This document shows positions 31,208 to 40,808 of a stretch of DNA of 64,000 nucleotides, in pieces. The stretch is from the IMG/VR virus record IMGVR_UViG_3300012953_000019, positions 52,287 through 116,286 of that record. One strand, written 5' to 3'. The notes below the pieces were generated by a model that was given only the letters and a program-made list of their open reading frames with translations, ran no database searches and was not told where the DNA came from. Positions within the stretch are counted from its first letter, which is position 1. Every line of letters starts with the position of its first letter. The DNA comes from a virus. The translations under genes were made by a program, and so were the position numbers.

Positions 31208-31594
31208 ATGGCAGTCGTAGTAGACGTTTTAAAACTAACCCAAGTACAAGGGGTTGTCGCCGTTCGGGGAACATCTGCGACTGGCTCAATTGCACTTGCA
31301 ACTACATTAAAAAAATCAACAGAAACTCAATCATCACCAAAAGCCAATATCAGAGCGATTCATTGGACTTTGGGCGCGTCTGGTGCCGCTGTTATCTCTA
31401 GAGACAGTAACGTTTTATATGATTTAACAGAATCTGGTTCAATTGAATTCAATGGGTTCTCAGACAATCAGCATAATGATCAAAACGTTGATGTTGCAAT
31501 TTCTGGTGCATCTGGTACAGTAATCATTGAACTTACTAAAGTTGATGGTTATGGTTCACAACAGCACCAAGGTGCAGATGGGAGTCTAGGATAA
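31208..31594 (+). CDS. Hypothetical head-module protein
   Basis: 128 aa, SD AGGAG, coupled to gp21 by TAATG. Confidence 0.55.
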   Translation: MAVVVDVLKLTQVQGVVAVRGTSATGSIALATTLKKSTETQSSPKANIRAIHWTLGASGAAVISRDSNVLYDLTESGSIEFNGFSDNQHNDQNVDVAISGASGTVIIELTKVDGYGSQQHQGADGSLG

Positions 31595-32247
31595 TGAAAC
31601 TTATTACTGAAACAGTAGATGATGTCAAGTACATCGTAGAAGAGAAAGACGGCAAGAAATCAATGTATATTGAAGGTGTCTTTCTTCAATCAGATTTAAA
31701 AAACAGAAACGGTAGAATGTACCCAAAAGAAATTATGCAACGGGAAGTTGCTAGGTACACTAAAGAGAACATCGATACTAAGAGAGCAATGGGCGAACTT
31801 GGTCATCCCGATGGACCTACTGTTAATCTTGACCGTGTATCACATCTTATCACTTCACTAAAAGAAGATGGTAATAACTACATAGGTAAAGCAAAAATTC
31901 TTGATACTCCAATGGGAAACATCGCTAGAAATCTTATTGAAGAGGGTGCTCAACTAGGAGTTAGTTCACGTGGACTAGGTTCTCTTAAAGAGCGTAATGG
32001 TATCAATGAAGTGCAGGACGATTTCATGCTATCAACTGCCGCGGACATAGTTTCTGATCCTTCAGCACCTGATGCATTCGTAAGAGGTATTATGGAGAAC
32101 AGAGAGTGGATTCTAGAGAATGGCATCTGGCAAGAAAGAGAAGTTGATATGGCAAAGACTTATATTAGTAAGACTTCTGCCCGTGAACTGGAAGAAGCAA
32201 AATTAGTAGTCTTTGAATCCTTCATGAAAAGGTTGTCAGAAATCTAA
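31594..32247 (+). CDS. gp21: Prohead protease gp21
   Basis: IEGVFLQ...NRNGRMYP; GELGHP; GVSSRGLGS; DIVSDPSAPDA. Confidence 0.95.
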   Translation: MKLITETVDDVKYIVEEKDGKKSMYIEGVFLQSDLKNRNGRMYPKEIMQREVARYTKENIDTKRAMGELGHPDGPTVNLDRVSHLITSLKEDGNNYIGKAKILDTPMGNIARNLIEEGAQLGVSSRGLGSLKERNGINEVQDDFMLSTAADIVSDPSAPDAFVRGIMENREWILENGIWQEREVDMAKTYISKTSARELEEAKLVVFESFMKRLSEI

Positions 32248-32252
32248 TTTTT

Positions 32253-32260
32253 TATAAATA
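32253..32260 (+). promoter_or_regulatory. T4-type late promoter for gp22
   Basis: Exact TATAAATA. Confidence 0.8.
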
Positions 32261-32297
32261 ATTATCAGAAACATAATCCTAAAAGGAGATCAGTAAC

Positions 32298-33515
32298 ATG
32301 AGTGTAGAAAACAAGATTAGAGAGTTTCTTGCTAAGGGCCGAGAAGTTGGTCAACTTAGTGAAGAACTCCAAGAACTGGACGAGAAGGCAGACAACCTTT
32401 CGCCCAATAGTAAACCAGGTGATTCATCTGCCCCTACTCAGGGAAGTTCAGATGCTAATCCTGAACAGGACGATTTAAGTGGAAAGGGCAACAAAGAAGG
32501 TGGTCTAACATCTGAAGTTGGTAAAGCCGCATCTGCTAAAGCGAAAAAAGATGGAACATTGCCTAAAGGTAATGGTGCTAAAGAAGCTCCTTCTAATTTC
32601 GAAAATGAAGCAAACACTGAAGACTCAGTAAACAATGCAACTTCTCAAGGCGTAGTAGCTAAAGAAGAAGCAGTATCTGAGGAAGAAGAAGTTATTTCTG
32701 AAGAAGAAGGCACCGAAGAAGAATTAGAAGTCGTTGCTGAAGATGAAGAAGTCGTTGCAGAAGAAGATCAAGAAGTTGTTTCAGAAGAAGAAGAAACTCT
32801 TTTCGGTCAAGATATTAAAGGTCTGTTTGAATCAGAAGAACAACTTTCTGAAGAATTCAAGACTAAGGCAGCTGGTATTTTTGAAGCCGTTGTCACTGCA
32901 CGTATTGCAAACGAAATGGAAACAATCGAAGCAGAACTAAAAGAAGAAGCACAGTTACAGCAAGAAACATTCAAGGAAGAAATGGTAGAAAAACTAGATT
33001 CGTTCCTTTCCTATGTTGCTGAGAACTGGATGAAAGAAAATGAACTTGCCATAGAGCGAGGTCTACGTGCTGAGATCACTGAAGACTTCATTTCTGGTAT
33101 GAAAACCCTATTCGCTGAACACTACATCCAAGTACCCGAAGAAAAGTATGATGTACTGGGCGAAATGCAGGACAAAATTGACTCTTTGGAAACAAAGTTA
33201 AATGAGTCCCTTGAAGAAAAGATCGAAGTTGTTGCAGAAAAGCAAAATCTTCAGAAGCAAGCAATCATCAAAGAAGCCAGTGACGATTTAACACTGACTG
33301 AAGCTGAAAAATTTGCGAAACTTGTTGAAGACATTGATTTTGGTAGCACTGAAATCTTTACCGAAAAAGTTGCAGTAGTTAAGGAAAACTATTTTCCAAA
33401 GCAAGGGCAACAAGATTCCGAAGATAAGTTGGAAGACACTGTAGAAGGGTTAGCCCAAGATGACAGTTATATTTCCAGATATGCTCAGGCAATCTCTCAA
33501 TCAGCAAAGTTCTAA
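32298..33515 (+). CDS. gp22: Prohead core scaffold gp22
   Basis: LSEEFKTKAAGIFEA; YVAENWMKENELAIERGLRAEITEDF; acidic VVAE/VISE repeats. Confidence 0.9.
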   Translation: MSVENKIREFLAKGREVGQLSEELQELDEKADNLSPNSKPGDSSAPTQGSSDANPEQDDLSGKGNKEGGLTSEVGKAASAKAKKDGTLPKGNGAKEAPSNFENEANTEDSVNNATSQGVVAKEEAVSEEEEVISEEEGTEEELEVVAEDEEVVAEEDQEVVSEEEETLFGQDIKGLFESEEQLSEEFKTKAAGIFEAVVTARIANEMETIEAELKEEAQLQQETFKEEMVEKLDSFLSYVAENWMKENELAIERGLRAEITEDFISGMKTLFAEHYIQVPEEKYDVLGEMQDKIDSLETKLNESLEEKIEVVAEKQNLQKQAIIKEASDDLTLTEAEKFAKLVEDIDFGSTEIFTEKVAVVKENYFPKQGQQDSEDKLEDTVEGLAQDDSYISRYAQAISQSAKF

Positions 33516-33527
33516 AATATTTTATTT

Positions 33528-33535
33528 TATAAATA
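33528..33535 (+). promoter_or_regulatory. T4-type late promoter for gp23
   Basis: Exact TATAAATA. Confidence 0.85.
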
Positions 33536-33568
33536 ATAGTACTAAAACCCCAATAGGAGAAACGAAAA

Positions 33569-34846
33569 ATGTATCTTTCTGAACAAATTCAAGAGAAGTG
33601 GGCTCCAGTTCTGGACCACGAAGCTCTTGGCGAAATCAAAGACCCATACAAGAAAGCAGTTACCGCTGTTATTCTTGAAAACCAAGAGAAGGCTTGTCGT
33701 GAAGAACGCCTTGCTCTTAACGAAGTCGCGGCCAATAGTAATACTGGCGGCGGAATCGACAACTATGACCCAATTCTCATCAGTCTTGTAAGACGGGCAC
33801 TGCCTAATCTTATGGCTTATGACGTAGCTGGTGTTCAACCAATGACTGGACCTACTGGTCTTATCTTTGCAATGAAGTCACACTTTACTAGTCAATCTGG
33901 TACAGAGGCTTTATTCAACGAAGCAGACACAGACTTTTCTGGTACTGGTACTCATGCTGGCTCAAACCCAGTTGACGGTACTTTTACTACTGGTACAGCA
34001 ATTGCCACTAACACTGGTGAAGCACTTGGCGATGCAGGTGGAACAGACTTCAATGAAATGGCTTTCTCAATTGAGAAAACAACCGTTACTGCGAAGACTC
34101 GCGCACTTAAAGCTGAGTACACAGTAGAATTGGCTCAAGACCTTAAAGCTATCCATGGTTTGGATGCTGAAGGCGAGTTGTCAAACATTCTTTCACAAGA
34201 AATTCTTGCTGAAATTAACCGTGAAGTTATTAGAACAATCTACAAAGTCGCTAAGCCTGGTTCTGCATCTACTGCAACAGCTGGTACTTTCGACCTTGAC
34301 GTTGATTCAAATGGCAGATGGTCAGTTGAGCGATTCAAAGGTCTTCTCTTCAACATTGAAAGAGATGCTAACGTAATCGCGCAAGACACACGTAGAGGGA
34401 AAGGTAACTTCATCATCACATCTGCTGATGTTGCGGCTGCTCTCTCAATGGCAGGTGTTCTTGACACTGGTTCAGCATTACAAGGTGCAGGCCCTCTTAA
34501 CGTTGACGATACTGGTAATACATTTGCTGGTGTTCTTAACGGTCGTTACAAAGTATATGTTGATCCATATTCAGCAAATACTGGAGCCGCTTCACAGTTC
34601 TACGTAGTTGGTTATAAAGGATCTAGTGCATATGACGCTGGTATCTTCTACTGCCCATACGTACCTCTGCAAATGGTTAGAGCGATTGACCCAGGTAATT
34701 TCCAGCCTAAGATTGGCTTCAAGACACGATATGGCATGATTGCAAACCCATACGTGACTCAAGCTAACGGTACTACTGACGGTGCAACATTTACTGCTGA
34801 CCGTAACCAGTACTACAGACTGTCTAAAGTTACTAACCTTATGTAA
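33569..34846 (+). CDS. gp23: Major capsid protein gp23
   Basis: EKWAPVLDH; GVQPMTGPTGLIFAM; RALKAEYTVELAQDLKAIHGLDAE; YCPYVPLQ; FKTRYG. Confidence 0.97.
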   Translation: MYLSEQIQEKWAPVLDHEALGEIKDPYKKAVTAVILENQEKACREERLALNEVAANSNTGGGIDNYDPILISLVRRALPNLMAYDVAGVQPMTGPTGLIFAMKSHFTSQSGTEALFNEADTDFSGTGTHAGSNPVDGTFTTGTAIATNTGEALGDAGGTDFNEMAFSIEKTTVTAKTRALKAEYTVELAQDLKAIHGLDAEGELSNILSQEILAEINREVIRTIYKVAKPGSASTATAGTFDLDVDSNGRWSVERFKGLLFNIERDANVIAQDTRRGKGNFIITSADVAAALSMAGVLDTGSALQGAGPLNVDDTGNTFAGVLNGRYKVYVDPYSANTGAASQFYVVGYKGSSAYDAGIFYCPYVPLQMVRAIDPGNFQPKIGFKTRYGMIANPYVTQANGTTDGATFTADRNQYYRLSKVTNLM

Positions 34847-34876
34847 TATAAAAAGAATCTCATTAGAGACACTTTT

Positions 34877-34903
34877 AAGGGAGCTTTCGGGCTCCCTTTT
34901 TTT
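34877..34903 (+). terminator. Rho-independent terminator after gp23
   Basis: Stem AAGGGAGC/GCTCCCTT with TTCG-containing loop, followed by a T run. Confidence 0.9.
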
Positions 34904-34908
34904 GTGCG

Positions 34909-34916
34909 TATAAATA
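34909..34916 (+). promoter_or_regulatory. T4-type late promoter for iscU
   Basis: Exact TATAAATA directly after the gp23 terminator. Confidence 0.8.
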
Positions 34917-34948
34917 GTAGTACTTCTAACAGTACAGGAGATACTGAA

Positions 34949-35326
34949 GTGGCATATAGCGATAAAGTTATAGATCACTATGAAAATCCTCGAAACGTAG
35001 GCAAATGGGATCCAGACACAGATGGTATTGGCACCGGCATGGTAGGTGCACCCGCGTGTGGAGATGTTATGAGACTACAGATTAAAGTCGAAGATGATGT
35101 GATCACAGATGCAAAATTTAAAACATACGGATGCGGTTCTGCAATCGCTTCCAGTTCATTACTAACAGAGTGGGTAAAGAACAAGACCCTAGAAGAAGCA
35201 GGTCAGATAAAGAATACAGAACTTGCTGAAGAATTGGCTCTTCCACCTGTAAAAATACATTGCAGTGTACTAGCAGAGGATGCTATTAAGGCTGCCATTG
35301 AAGACTACAAGGAAAAATATGCCTAA
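34949..35326 (+). CDS. iscU: Fe-S cluster scaffold IscU
   Basis: GTG start with AGGAG SD gives MAYSDKVIDHYENPRNVG...GAPACGDVM...YGCGSAIASSS...LPPVKIHCSVLAEDA; three conserved Cys. Confidence 0.95.
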   Translation: MAYSDKVIDHYENPRNVGKWDPDTDGIGTGMVGAPACGDVMRLQIKVEDDVITDAKFKTYGCGSAIASSSLLTEWVKNKTLEEAGQIKNTELAEELALPPVKIHCSVLAEDAIKAAIEDYKEKYA

Positions 35327-36062
35327 AATAATGATATTTGGTGATAGTTATGCGGCAGATTATGAAATCGCAAAATCTTGGACTCGGAGTGTAGCAGAAG
35401 AATTTCCTGAGTATACATTTCAAAATCTTGCTGTGGCTGCTTCTAGTTTAGATTATCTTTACTTCACATATGAAAAATGGAGAGCGCACCTTAAGGCAAA
35501 TGATATTGTTATTATGTCTCTGACAGCCATGGAAAGATTATTTTTAAGAGATCCTACAATATCTGGTCGTCCAAGATTTATGACTACTCATCAAATAACA
35601 CCTGCGAAAAATGATCGTACTCCAGCACCAGATGACCATAAACTTCAAGAGTTTTTTGCAGGAGATATGTTCAATCCGGATGCACATGGTGCCATAATGA
35701 ATATTTTCTTAAACGCTTTACAATATGATGCAATAACAAAAGATATAACAGTAGTTGTAATACCTATAGGTGGTGATAACTATATAAACAGAGAAGATAA
35801 AGAACATATTGAAATAGCAATGTGCGGAGAAGATCCAGGTTCGGCTGAAGCTGGCTTGACAGGAGTTACAAAAAGACAGATGGAAGCCATGTTTGATTTA
35901 AAAGGTAAATTCTGGCATGAAAGAAAAGAATGTTGGGAACAAGATTTTAAACACGCAAACCATCTTACTCCAAGAAACAATAAAGTATTAGCAAATAAAG
36001 TTATACGAAACATTCGTACAAAAGAACCTATAGATTTGAGAACAGAATGGGTGTATAAATAG
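35319..36062 (+). CDS. SGNH/GDSL-hydrolase-like protein
   Basis: IFGDSY block I and C-terminal ANHL; start taken at ATG 35319. Confidence 0.55.
   Translation: MPKIMIFGDSYAADYEIAKSWTRSVAEEFPEYTFQNLAVAASSLDYLYFTYEKWRAHLKANDIVIMSLTAMERLFLRDPTISGRPRFMTTHQITPAKNDRTPAPDDHKLQEFFAGDMFNPDAHGAIMNIFLNALQYDAITKDITVVVIPIGGDNYINREDKEHIEIAMCGEDPGSAEAGLTGVTKRQMEAMFDLKGKFWHERKECWEQDFKHANHLTPRNNKVLANKVIRNIRTKEPIDLRTEWVYK
36054..36061 (+). promoter_or_regulatory. T4-type late promoter for iscA
   Basis: Exact TATAAATA ending 5 nt before the iscA ATG. Confidence 0.65.
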
Positions 36063-36066
36063 TAGC

Positions 36067-36378
36067 ATGATACAAATTTCAGCAGATGCAAAGAAATACT
36101 GGACCGAACTATTAGAGTCTTCGGGACAAAAGTATGTGCGACTATCTCTTAAAGGTGGTGGTTGTGCTGGATTCGCTTACACATGGGATTATACAGAAGA
36201 TGATTCGAATGGTACACTTGTAGATAACATCATTGTAGTAGATGATGTATGCACAGATATTATGTCAGGTTCTATAATTAATTTTGTTACCAGTATGACT
36301 GGTTCTGAAATACAGATCATAAATCCCAATGAAGCAAGTTCATGTGGTTGTGGTGAAAGTATTCAGTTTAGTGTTTAA
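36067..36378 (+). CDS. iscA: A-type Fe-S carrier IscA/HesB family
   Basis: LKGGGCAGFAY and SSCGCGES motifs. Confidence 0.9.
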   Translation: MIQISADAKKYWTELLESSGQKYVRLSLKGGGCAGFAYTWDYTEDDSNGTLVDNIIVVDDVCTDIMSGSIINFVTSMTGSEIQIINPNEASSCGCGESIQFSV

Positions 36379-36389
36379 CGGAGAGACAA

Positions 36390-36977
36390 ATGGCTTTTAA
36401 TAATATATCATCGGTAACAGAAGGAACTTTTGATGGAGCAAATCCGTCAGAACTAGATTATCTGCGCCCAAATGGTTTCAAGTTTCAAGTACATAATATG
36501 CCAAACGTATCTTTCTTTTGTCAAGCAGCCAATATCCCAGAAATTTCTATGGGATTTCCGGAACAGGTAACACCACTTGTAGACATTGCATACCCCGGAG
36601 ACAAGTTAAGATTTGGGGAATTGATGATCAGATTTCTTATTCAAGAAGACATGAGTAACTATAAAGAGTTATACTCTTGGCTACGTGGTCTCGGCTTCCC
36701 TGAGAACCACCAAGAGTTTACAGACTACATCAAAAGTCAAGAATATAGGACAGCAACATCAAATAAGGGTGTGAAAGAAGGTATAGCACAAGTAAGTGAC
36801 GCTACACTGTTTGTATTAGACTCAAACAATAATCCTAATGTTAAGGTTACATTCAAAGATTCTTTTCCTATATCACTATCAGGATTAGATTTTGATATCA
36901 CAAATGGTGCTGGTGATTATTTCATTGGTATTGCCGCATTTAAATATAGAACATACTCAATTGATGCTATCACATAG
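36390..36977 (+). CDS. gp3: Tail completion protein gp3
   Basis: YLRPNGFKF...VSFFCQAANIP...FLIQEDMSNY...FPISLSGLDF. Confidence 0.85.
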   Translation: MAFNNISSVTEGTFDGANPSELDYLRPNGFKFQVHNMPNVSFFCQAANIPEISMGFPEQVTPLVDIAYPGDKLRFGELMIRFLIQEDMSNYKELYSWLRGLGFPENHQEFTDYIKSQEYRTATSNKGVKEGIAQVSDATLFVLDSNNNPNVKVTFKDSFPISLSGLDFDITNGAGDYFIGIAAFKYRTYSIDAIT

Positions 36978-36979
36978 CA

Positions 36980-36987
36980 TATAAATA
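36980..36987 (+). promoter_or_regulatory. T4-type late promoter for uvsY-uvsW
   Basis: Exact TATAAATA. Confidence 0.75.
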
Positions 36988-37010
36988 GTATTATATTATG
37001 GAGATATATT

Positions 37011-37454
37011 ATGATTTCGTTAAAAGACCTACAAGTTATGTGGGTCGAAGATTGCAAAATTGATGAATTGAACTTAGGCAAAGAGAGTACCAAAACTCCA
37101 GAACTTCATGCCAAATATCTGAATCATCTTTCTACCGCAAAACTACAATATAGAAAAGCAGAGACTAGTCTAATTAAACTGAAAAGAATTAAGTCTCAGT
37201 ATTTTCGTGGCGAGTTATCCAGACAAGAATTGGAAGCATTGGGTTGGGATCAGTATTTAGGTAATAAACCACTGAAGTCTGATATGCATGAGTATCTTGA
37301 TTCTGATGAGGACATTATTCAACAGACTGATAAACTAGAGTACATTGGGACTGTAGTTGACTACCTAGAAAGAGTGCTACGAGCAGTACAGGGTAGAGGC
37401 TGGGACATCAAAAACAGTATAGAATGGACAAAATTTACCAACGGATTAATGTAA
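37011..37454 (+). CDS. uvsY: Recombination mediator UvsY
   Basis: W.EDCKID...TPELHAKYL...RGWDIKNSIEWTKF. Confidence 0.9.
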   Translation: MISLKDLQVMWVEDCKIDELNLGKESTKTPELHAKYLNHLSTAKLQYRKAETSLIKLKRIKSQYFRGELSRQELEALGWDQYLGNKPLKSDMHEYLDSDEDIIQQTDKLEYIGTVVDYLERVLRAVQGRGWDIKNSIEWTKFTNGLM

Positions 37455-38933
37455 ATGATTACTGTCACTAAGAAAGATGAAGTACATCTTTTAATAGACA
37501 CTGATCCAAGTACCGCAAAAGAAATAGTAGAGTTCTTTACATTTGAGGTACCTGGCGCAAAATTTATGCCTGCCTACAGAAATAGAATGTGGGATGGCAA
37601 AGCACGAATGTTTAATATGTACACAAGAGAACTATACGTTGGTCTTTTAGATTACCTTATAGAATTCTGTGAGCAGTTAGAATATAAAGTAGAAATCAAA
37701 CTTGACGAGATTGGAGAAGATGGCACACTTGATCAAGTAACAAAATTCACAAAGTCTTTAAATCTACATAGTCAAGATAAGCCTATTGATATTAGAGACT
37801 ATCAACTAGAGGCAATAACTCATGCGATTAACAATGGTCGATCTCTTCTTCTATCTCCTACTGCTAGTGGTAAGTCTCTTATCATTTACAGCCTTCTACG
37901 TTATCACCAAGCACACGGACGTAAACAGCTTATCATCGTGCCAACGACTTCCCTCGTTGAGCAAATGTGGGGAGATTTTAATGACTACGCATCAAAAGAT
38001 GAATGGCAAGCAAACAAATATTGTCATAGAATCTACAGTGGCAAAGACAAATCAAACAAAGCCGCAGTTGTAATATCAACTTGGCAATCAATATACAAAT
38101 TTCCTAAATCTTGGTTTGATGAATTCGATGTAATCTATGGTGATGAAGCACACAACTTCAAAGCAAAATCTTTAACTACATTGATGGATAAACTTACCAA
38201 CGCAAAATATAGAATAGGTACAACCGGTACACTTGATGGTACAAAAACGCATAGACTTGTTTTAGAAGGAGTTTTTGGTAGAGTCTACAAAGTAACTACT
38301 ACAAAGAAGTTAATGGATAATAAGCAACTGGCTGAGTTGAAGATTGTTTGTTTACTTTTAGAATACTCTGAAACAGAAAGAAAACTAGTAAGTAAAATGC
38401 CATATCAAGAAGAAATGAATTGGTTAGTAACCAACCCAAAAAGAAATGCAGTCATAACAAATTTATCTATTGCACAAACTGGCAACACATTAGTACTCTA
38501 TCAATTTGTTGAAAAACATGGAGCAGTACTACATAAAATGATAAGCGAAAAGGTAAAAGATGGTAGAAAAGTATTCTTTGTCCATGGAGGTACAGATACA
38601 GAACAAAGAGAAGAAATTCGCCACTTGACAGAGCAAGAAAAAGATGCTATAATCATTGCTTCATATGGTACTTTTTCTACGGGTATAAATATTAGAAACT
38701 TACATAATGTTGTTTTTGCTTCACCAAGTAAGTCTCGTATTAGAAATCTACAATCAATTGGTAGAGGACTTAGAAAAGGTAATCAAAAAGAAGCGTGTAA
38801 CTTATTTGATGTTGGAGATGATCTCTCTTGGAAATCAAAGAAAAATTTTACACTTAACCATATGTTAGAACGAATTAAAATTTACAACGAAGAATCTTTT
38901 AATTATAAGATAGCAAAGGTAGAAATTAAATGA
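37455..38933 (+). CDS. uvsW: SF2 helicase UvsW
   Basis: RDYQ, SPTASGKS, GDEAH, GTTGT, STGINI, QSIGRGLR. Confidence 0.95.
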   Translation: MITVTKKDEVHLLIDTDPSTAKEIVEFFTFEVPGAKFMPAYRNRMWDGKARMFNMYTRELYVGLLDYLIEFCEQLEYKVEIKLDEIGEDGTLDQVTKFTKSLNLHSQDKPIDIRDYQLEAITHAINNGRSLLLSPTASGKSLIIYSLLRYHQAHGRKQLIIVPTTSLVEQMWGDFNDYASKDEWQANKYCHRIYSGKDKSNKAAVVISTWQSIYKFPKSWFDEFDVIYGDEAHNFKAKSLTTLMDKLTNAKYRIGTTGTLDGTKTHRLVLEGVFGRVYKVTTTKKLMDNKQLAELKIVCLLLEYSETERKLVSKMPYQEEMNWLVTNPKRNAVITNLSIAQTGNTLVLYQFVEKHGAVLHKMISEKVKDGRKVFFVHGGTDTEQREEIRHLTEQEKDAIIIASYGTFSTGINIRNLHNVVFASPSKSRIRNLQSIGRGLRKGNQKEACNLFDVGDDLSWKSKKNFTLNHMLERIKIYNEESFNYKIAKVEIK

Positions 38934-39310
38934 ACGAACTAGAACCTAAAGTAATTACTCTAACAAACGAGACTCAGCTGGTTGCGTCTGTTGAAGAAAT
39001 TTCTGAGGATCAAGTAAAACTCCATACGCCTTTGAAAATCACAAGACATTATTCTGAAGGCCCTAGGGGAATGCAAGAGTCTTTCGCTCTTATGGGATGG
39101 ATCCCTTTCTCTGATGATTTAGAATATTTTATGAGTAGAAATATAATTGCAAACATATCGACCTTAGGGCGGGCGTATGTACAAGATTACTATGCTATAG
39201 TAGAAAAGACTTTTTATCCCGAACAGGACTCAGGGCATGAAGATCCAGACGAAACACTTGCTGATCTATTTGCTTACGCTCAAGCAGTTGAAGATGATCA
39301 AGTACATTAG
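38930..39310 (+). CDS. Conserved hypothetical protein between uvsW and gp55
   Basis: 126 aa, ATGA-coupled to uvsW; WIPFSDD motif. Confidence 0.6.
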   Translation: MNELEPKVITLTNETQLVASVEEISEDQVKLHTPLKITRHYSEGPRGMQESFALMGWIPFSDDLEYFMSRNIIANISTLGRAYVQDYYAIVEKTFYPEQDSGHEDPDETLADLFAYAQAVEDDQVH

Positions 39311-39336
39311 TATTCTTTCTGAAAGGGACACGCCCT

Positions 39337-39364
39337 ATTATACACAGTATTTTAGGAATGTCAA
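39337..39364 (-). promoter_or_regulatory. Antisense sigma70-type promoter
   Basis: Minus strand TTGACA-16 nt-TATAAT, both hexamers perfect, A-tract upstream. Confidence 0.7.
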
Positions 39365-39392
39365 GTCTTTTTTTACATTATGAGGAAATAAA

Positions 39393-39974
39393 ATGAAAAA
39401 AACTACACCGAAACAACATTACGTTGATAACAAAGAATTTTTGGTAGCAATCACTGCATACCGAGAACTAAGATTGGCAGCCGAAGCCGCTGGCGATCCT
39501 AAACCAAGAGTAACAGACTATCTAGGAGAATGTTTTGTCAAGATTGCAAATCATTTAGCCTACAAATCAAACTTTGTCAACTATACATTTCGTGATGAGA
39601 TGATTCTAGACGGGATCGAAAATTGCATAACGTATATTGATAACTTCAATCCAGAAAAATCTAAGAACCCCTTTGCTTACTTTACACAGATCACATACTA
39701 TGCTTTCATACGTAGGATCAAAAAAGAAAAAAAGCATATTGACATTAAGATGAAGATGATTACCAATATGGACTTCACTGAAATGTTTGCCGAGGGTGAA
39801 GATACTGTCGGAAGCGAATACTTGGACTATATGAAGAATCAAATAGATCAAGCAAATAAGCACAACGAAGATCATAAAGAAACTAATTCTAAGATTCCTA
39901 AACGTAAGCCCAAATACCTGAGCGATAGGGAAGCCGTAGACTTAGCTAAAGAAAAGATCGAAGCACTAAAATAA
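39393..39974 (+). CDS. gp55: Late sigma factor gp55
   Basis: HYVDNKEF; YLGECFVKIA; NFVNYTFRDEMILDGIENC; NPFAYFTQI. Confidence 0.95.
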   Translation: MKKTTPKQHYVDNKEFLVAITAYRELRLAAEAAGDPKPRVTDYLGECFVKIANHLAYKSNFVNYTFRDEMILDGIENCITYIDNFNPEKSKNPFAYFTQITYYAFIRRIKKEKKHIDIKMKMITNMDFTEMFAEGEDTVGSEYLDYMKNQIDQANKHNEDHKETNSKIPKRKPKYLSDREAVDLAKEKIEALK

Positions 39975-39987
39975 TTTAAAAAACCAC

Positions 39988-40016
39988 TTGACATTTGGTA
40001 GCACATGACATATACT
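39988..40016 (+). promoter_or_regulatory. sigma70-type early promoter
   Basis: TTGACA-17 nt-TATACT. Confidence 0.8.
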
Positions 40017-40041
40017 GTGTGTTACTTGGAGAACTGTATCT

Positions 40042-40263
40042 ATGAAAGACGATAACGTAATACAGGTAGATTTCACAAACAAAAAACAAAAATATGACTT
40101 AAACGATGCCTATGCTATAACACCAGAAGGCACCGTAACGTTTACATTTGGTGATGGAGAAGAATTTGTCACTGAGTTGCCTGAACTTAGCAAGCAAGAT
40201 TGGGTTAAATTTTTTCAACTGCAATCTCAAGGAATATTTGATATAGAGATAGAGGATAAATAA
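40042..40263 (+). CDS. Hypothetical protein
   Basis: 73 aa, SD GGAG, NVIQVDF motif, first gene after early promoter. Confidence 0.6.
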   Translation: MKDDNVIQVDFTNKKQKYDLNDAYAITPEGTVTFTFGDGEEFVTELPELSKQDWVKFFQLQSQGIFDIEIEDK

Positions 40264-40808
40264 TGGCATCACCAACTGACCCCAAGCAAGTTCACATTAT
40301 GGTGGACTTAGAAACTTTAAGTACTCGCGCCAATTCTACAATTGTATCTATTGGTGCAACTAAATTTAGGTTAGATGGCAAACCAGAAGAAGAATTCTAT
40401 ATTAATGTTGATGCAAAGTCTTGCAAAGATAGAGGCTTACATATTGATAAGAAGACTGTAGAATGGTGGCAAAAACAAAAACCAGAAGCACTCAAAGCAC
40501 TTATGGTTGATCCAGTAGATATTGAAGATGCGCTAGAAGCATTCACTCAATTTATTGGCAACGATCAAGTAATGATTTGGGGTAATGGTGCATCTTTTGA
40601 TGTTACTATTCTAGAAGAAGCCTATGAAGCCTGTGGTATATCAGACTACCCATGGAAACATTGGAACATTATGTGTTTTAGAACTGTGATGAATCTGATG
40701 GGTATAAGAAACGCTGATATTCGTGCCGCGGATAATGATCTGCACCATCACGCATTAGATGATGCAAAAAGCCAAGCTAATACACTGAGAAAAATTCTAA
40801 CTACATGA
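40263..40808 (+). CDS. DEDDh 3'-5' exonuclease (DexA-like)
   Basis: MVDLETL, WGNGASFD, HHALDDA. Confidence 0.85.
   Translation: MASPTDPKQVHIMVDLETLSTRANSTIVSIGATKFRLDGKPEEEFYINVDAKSCKDRGLHIDKKTVEWWQKQKPEALKALMVDPVDIEDALEAFTQFIGNDQVMIWGNGASFDVTILEEAYEACGISDYPWKHWNIMCFRTVMNLMGIRNADIRAADNDLHHHALDDAKSQANTLRKILTT

Noticed and set aside
32680-32800. GAAGAA-rich tandem repeats in gp22 (also the acidic linker at about 46450-46780)
   Set aside because: Coding low-complexity acidic tracts, not CRISPR or a mobile repeat
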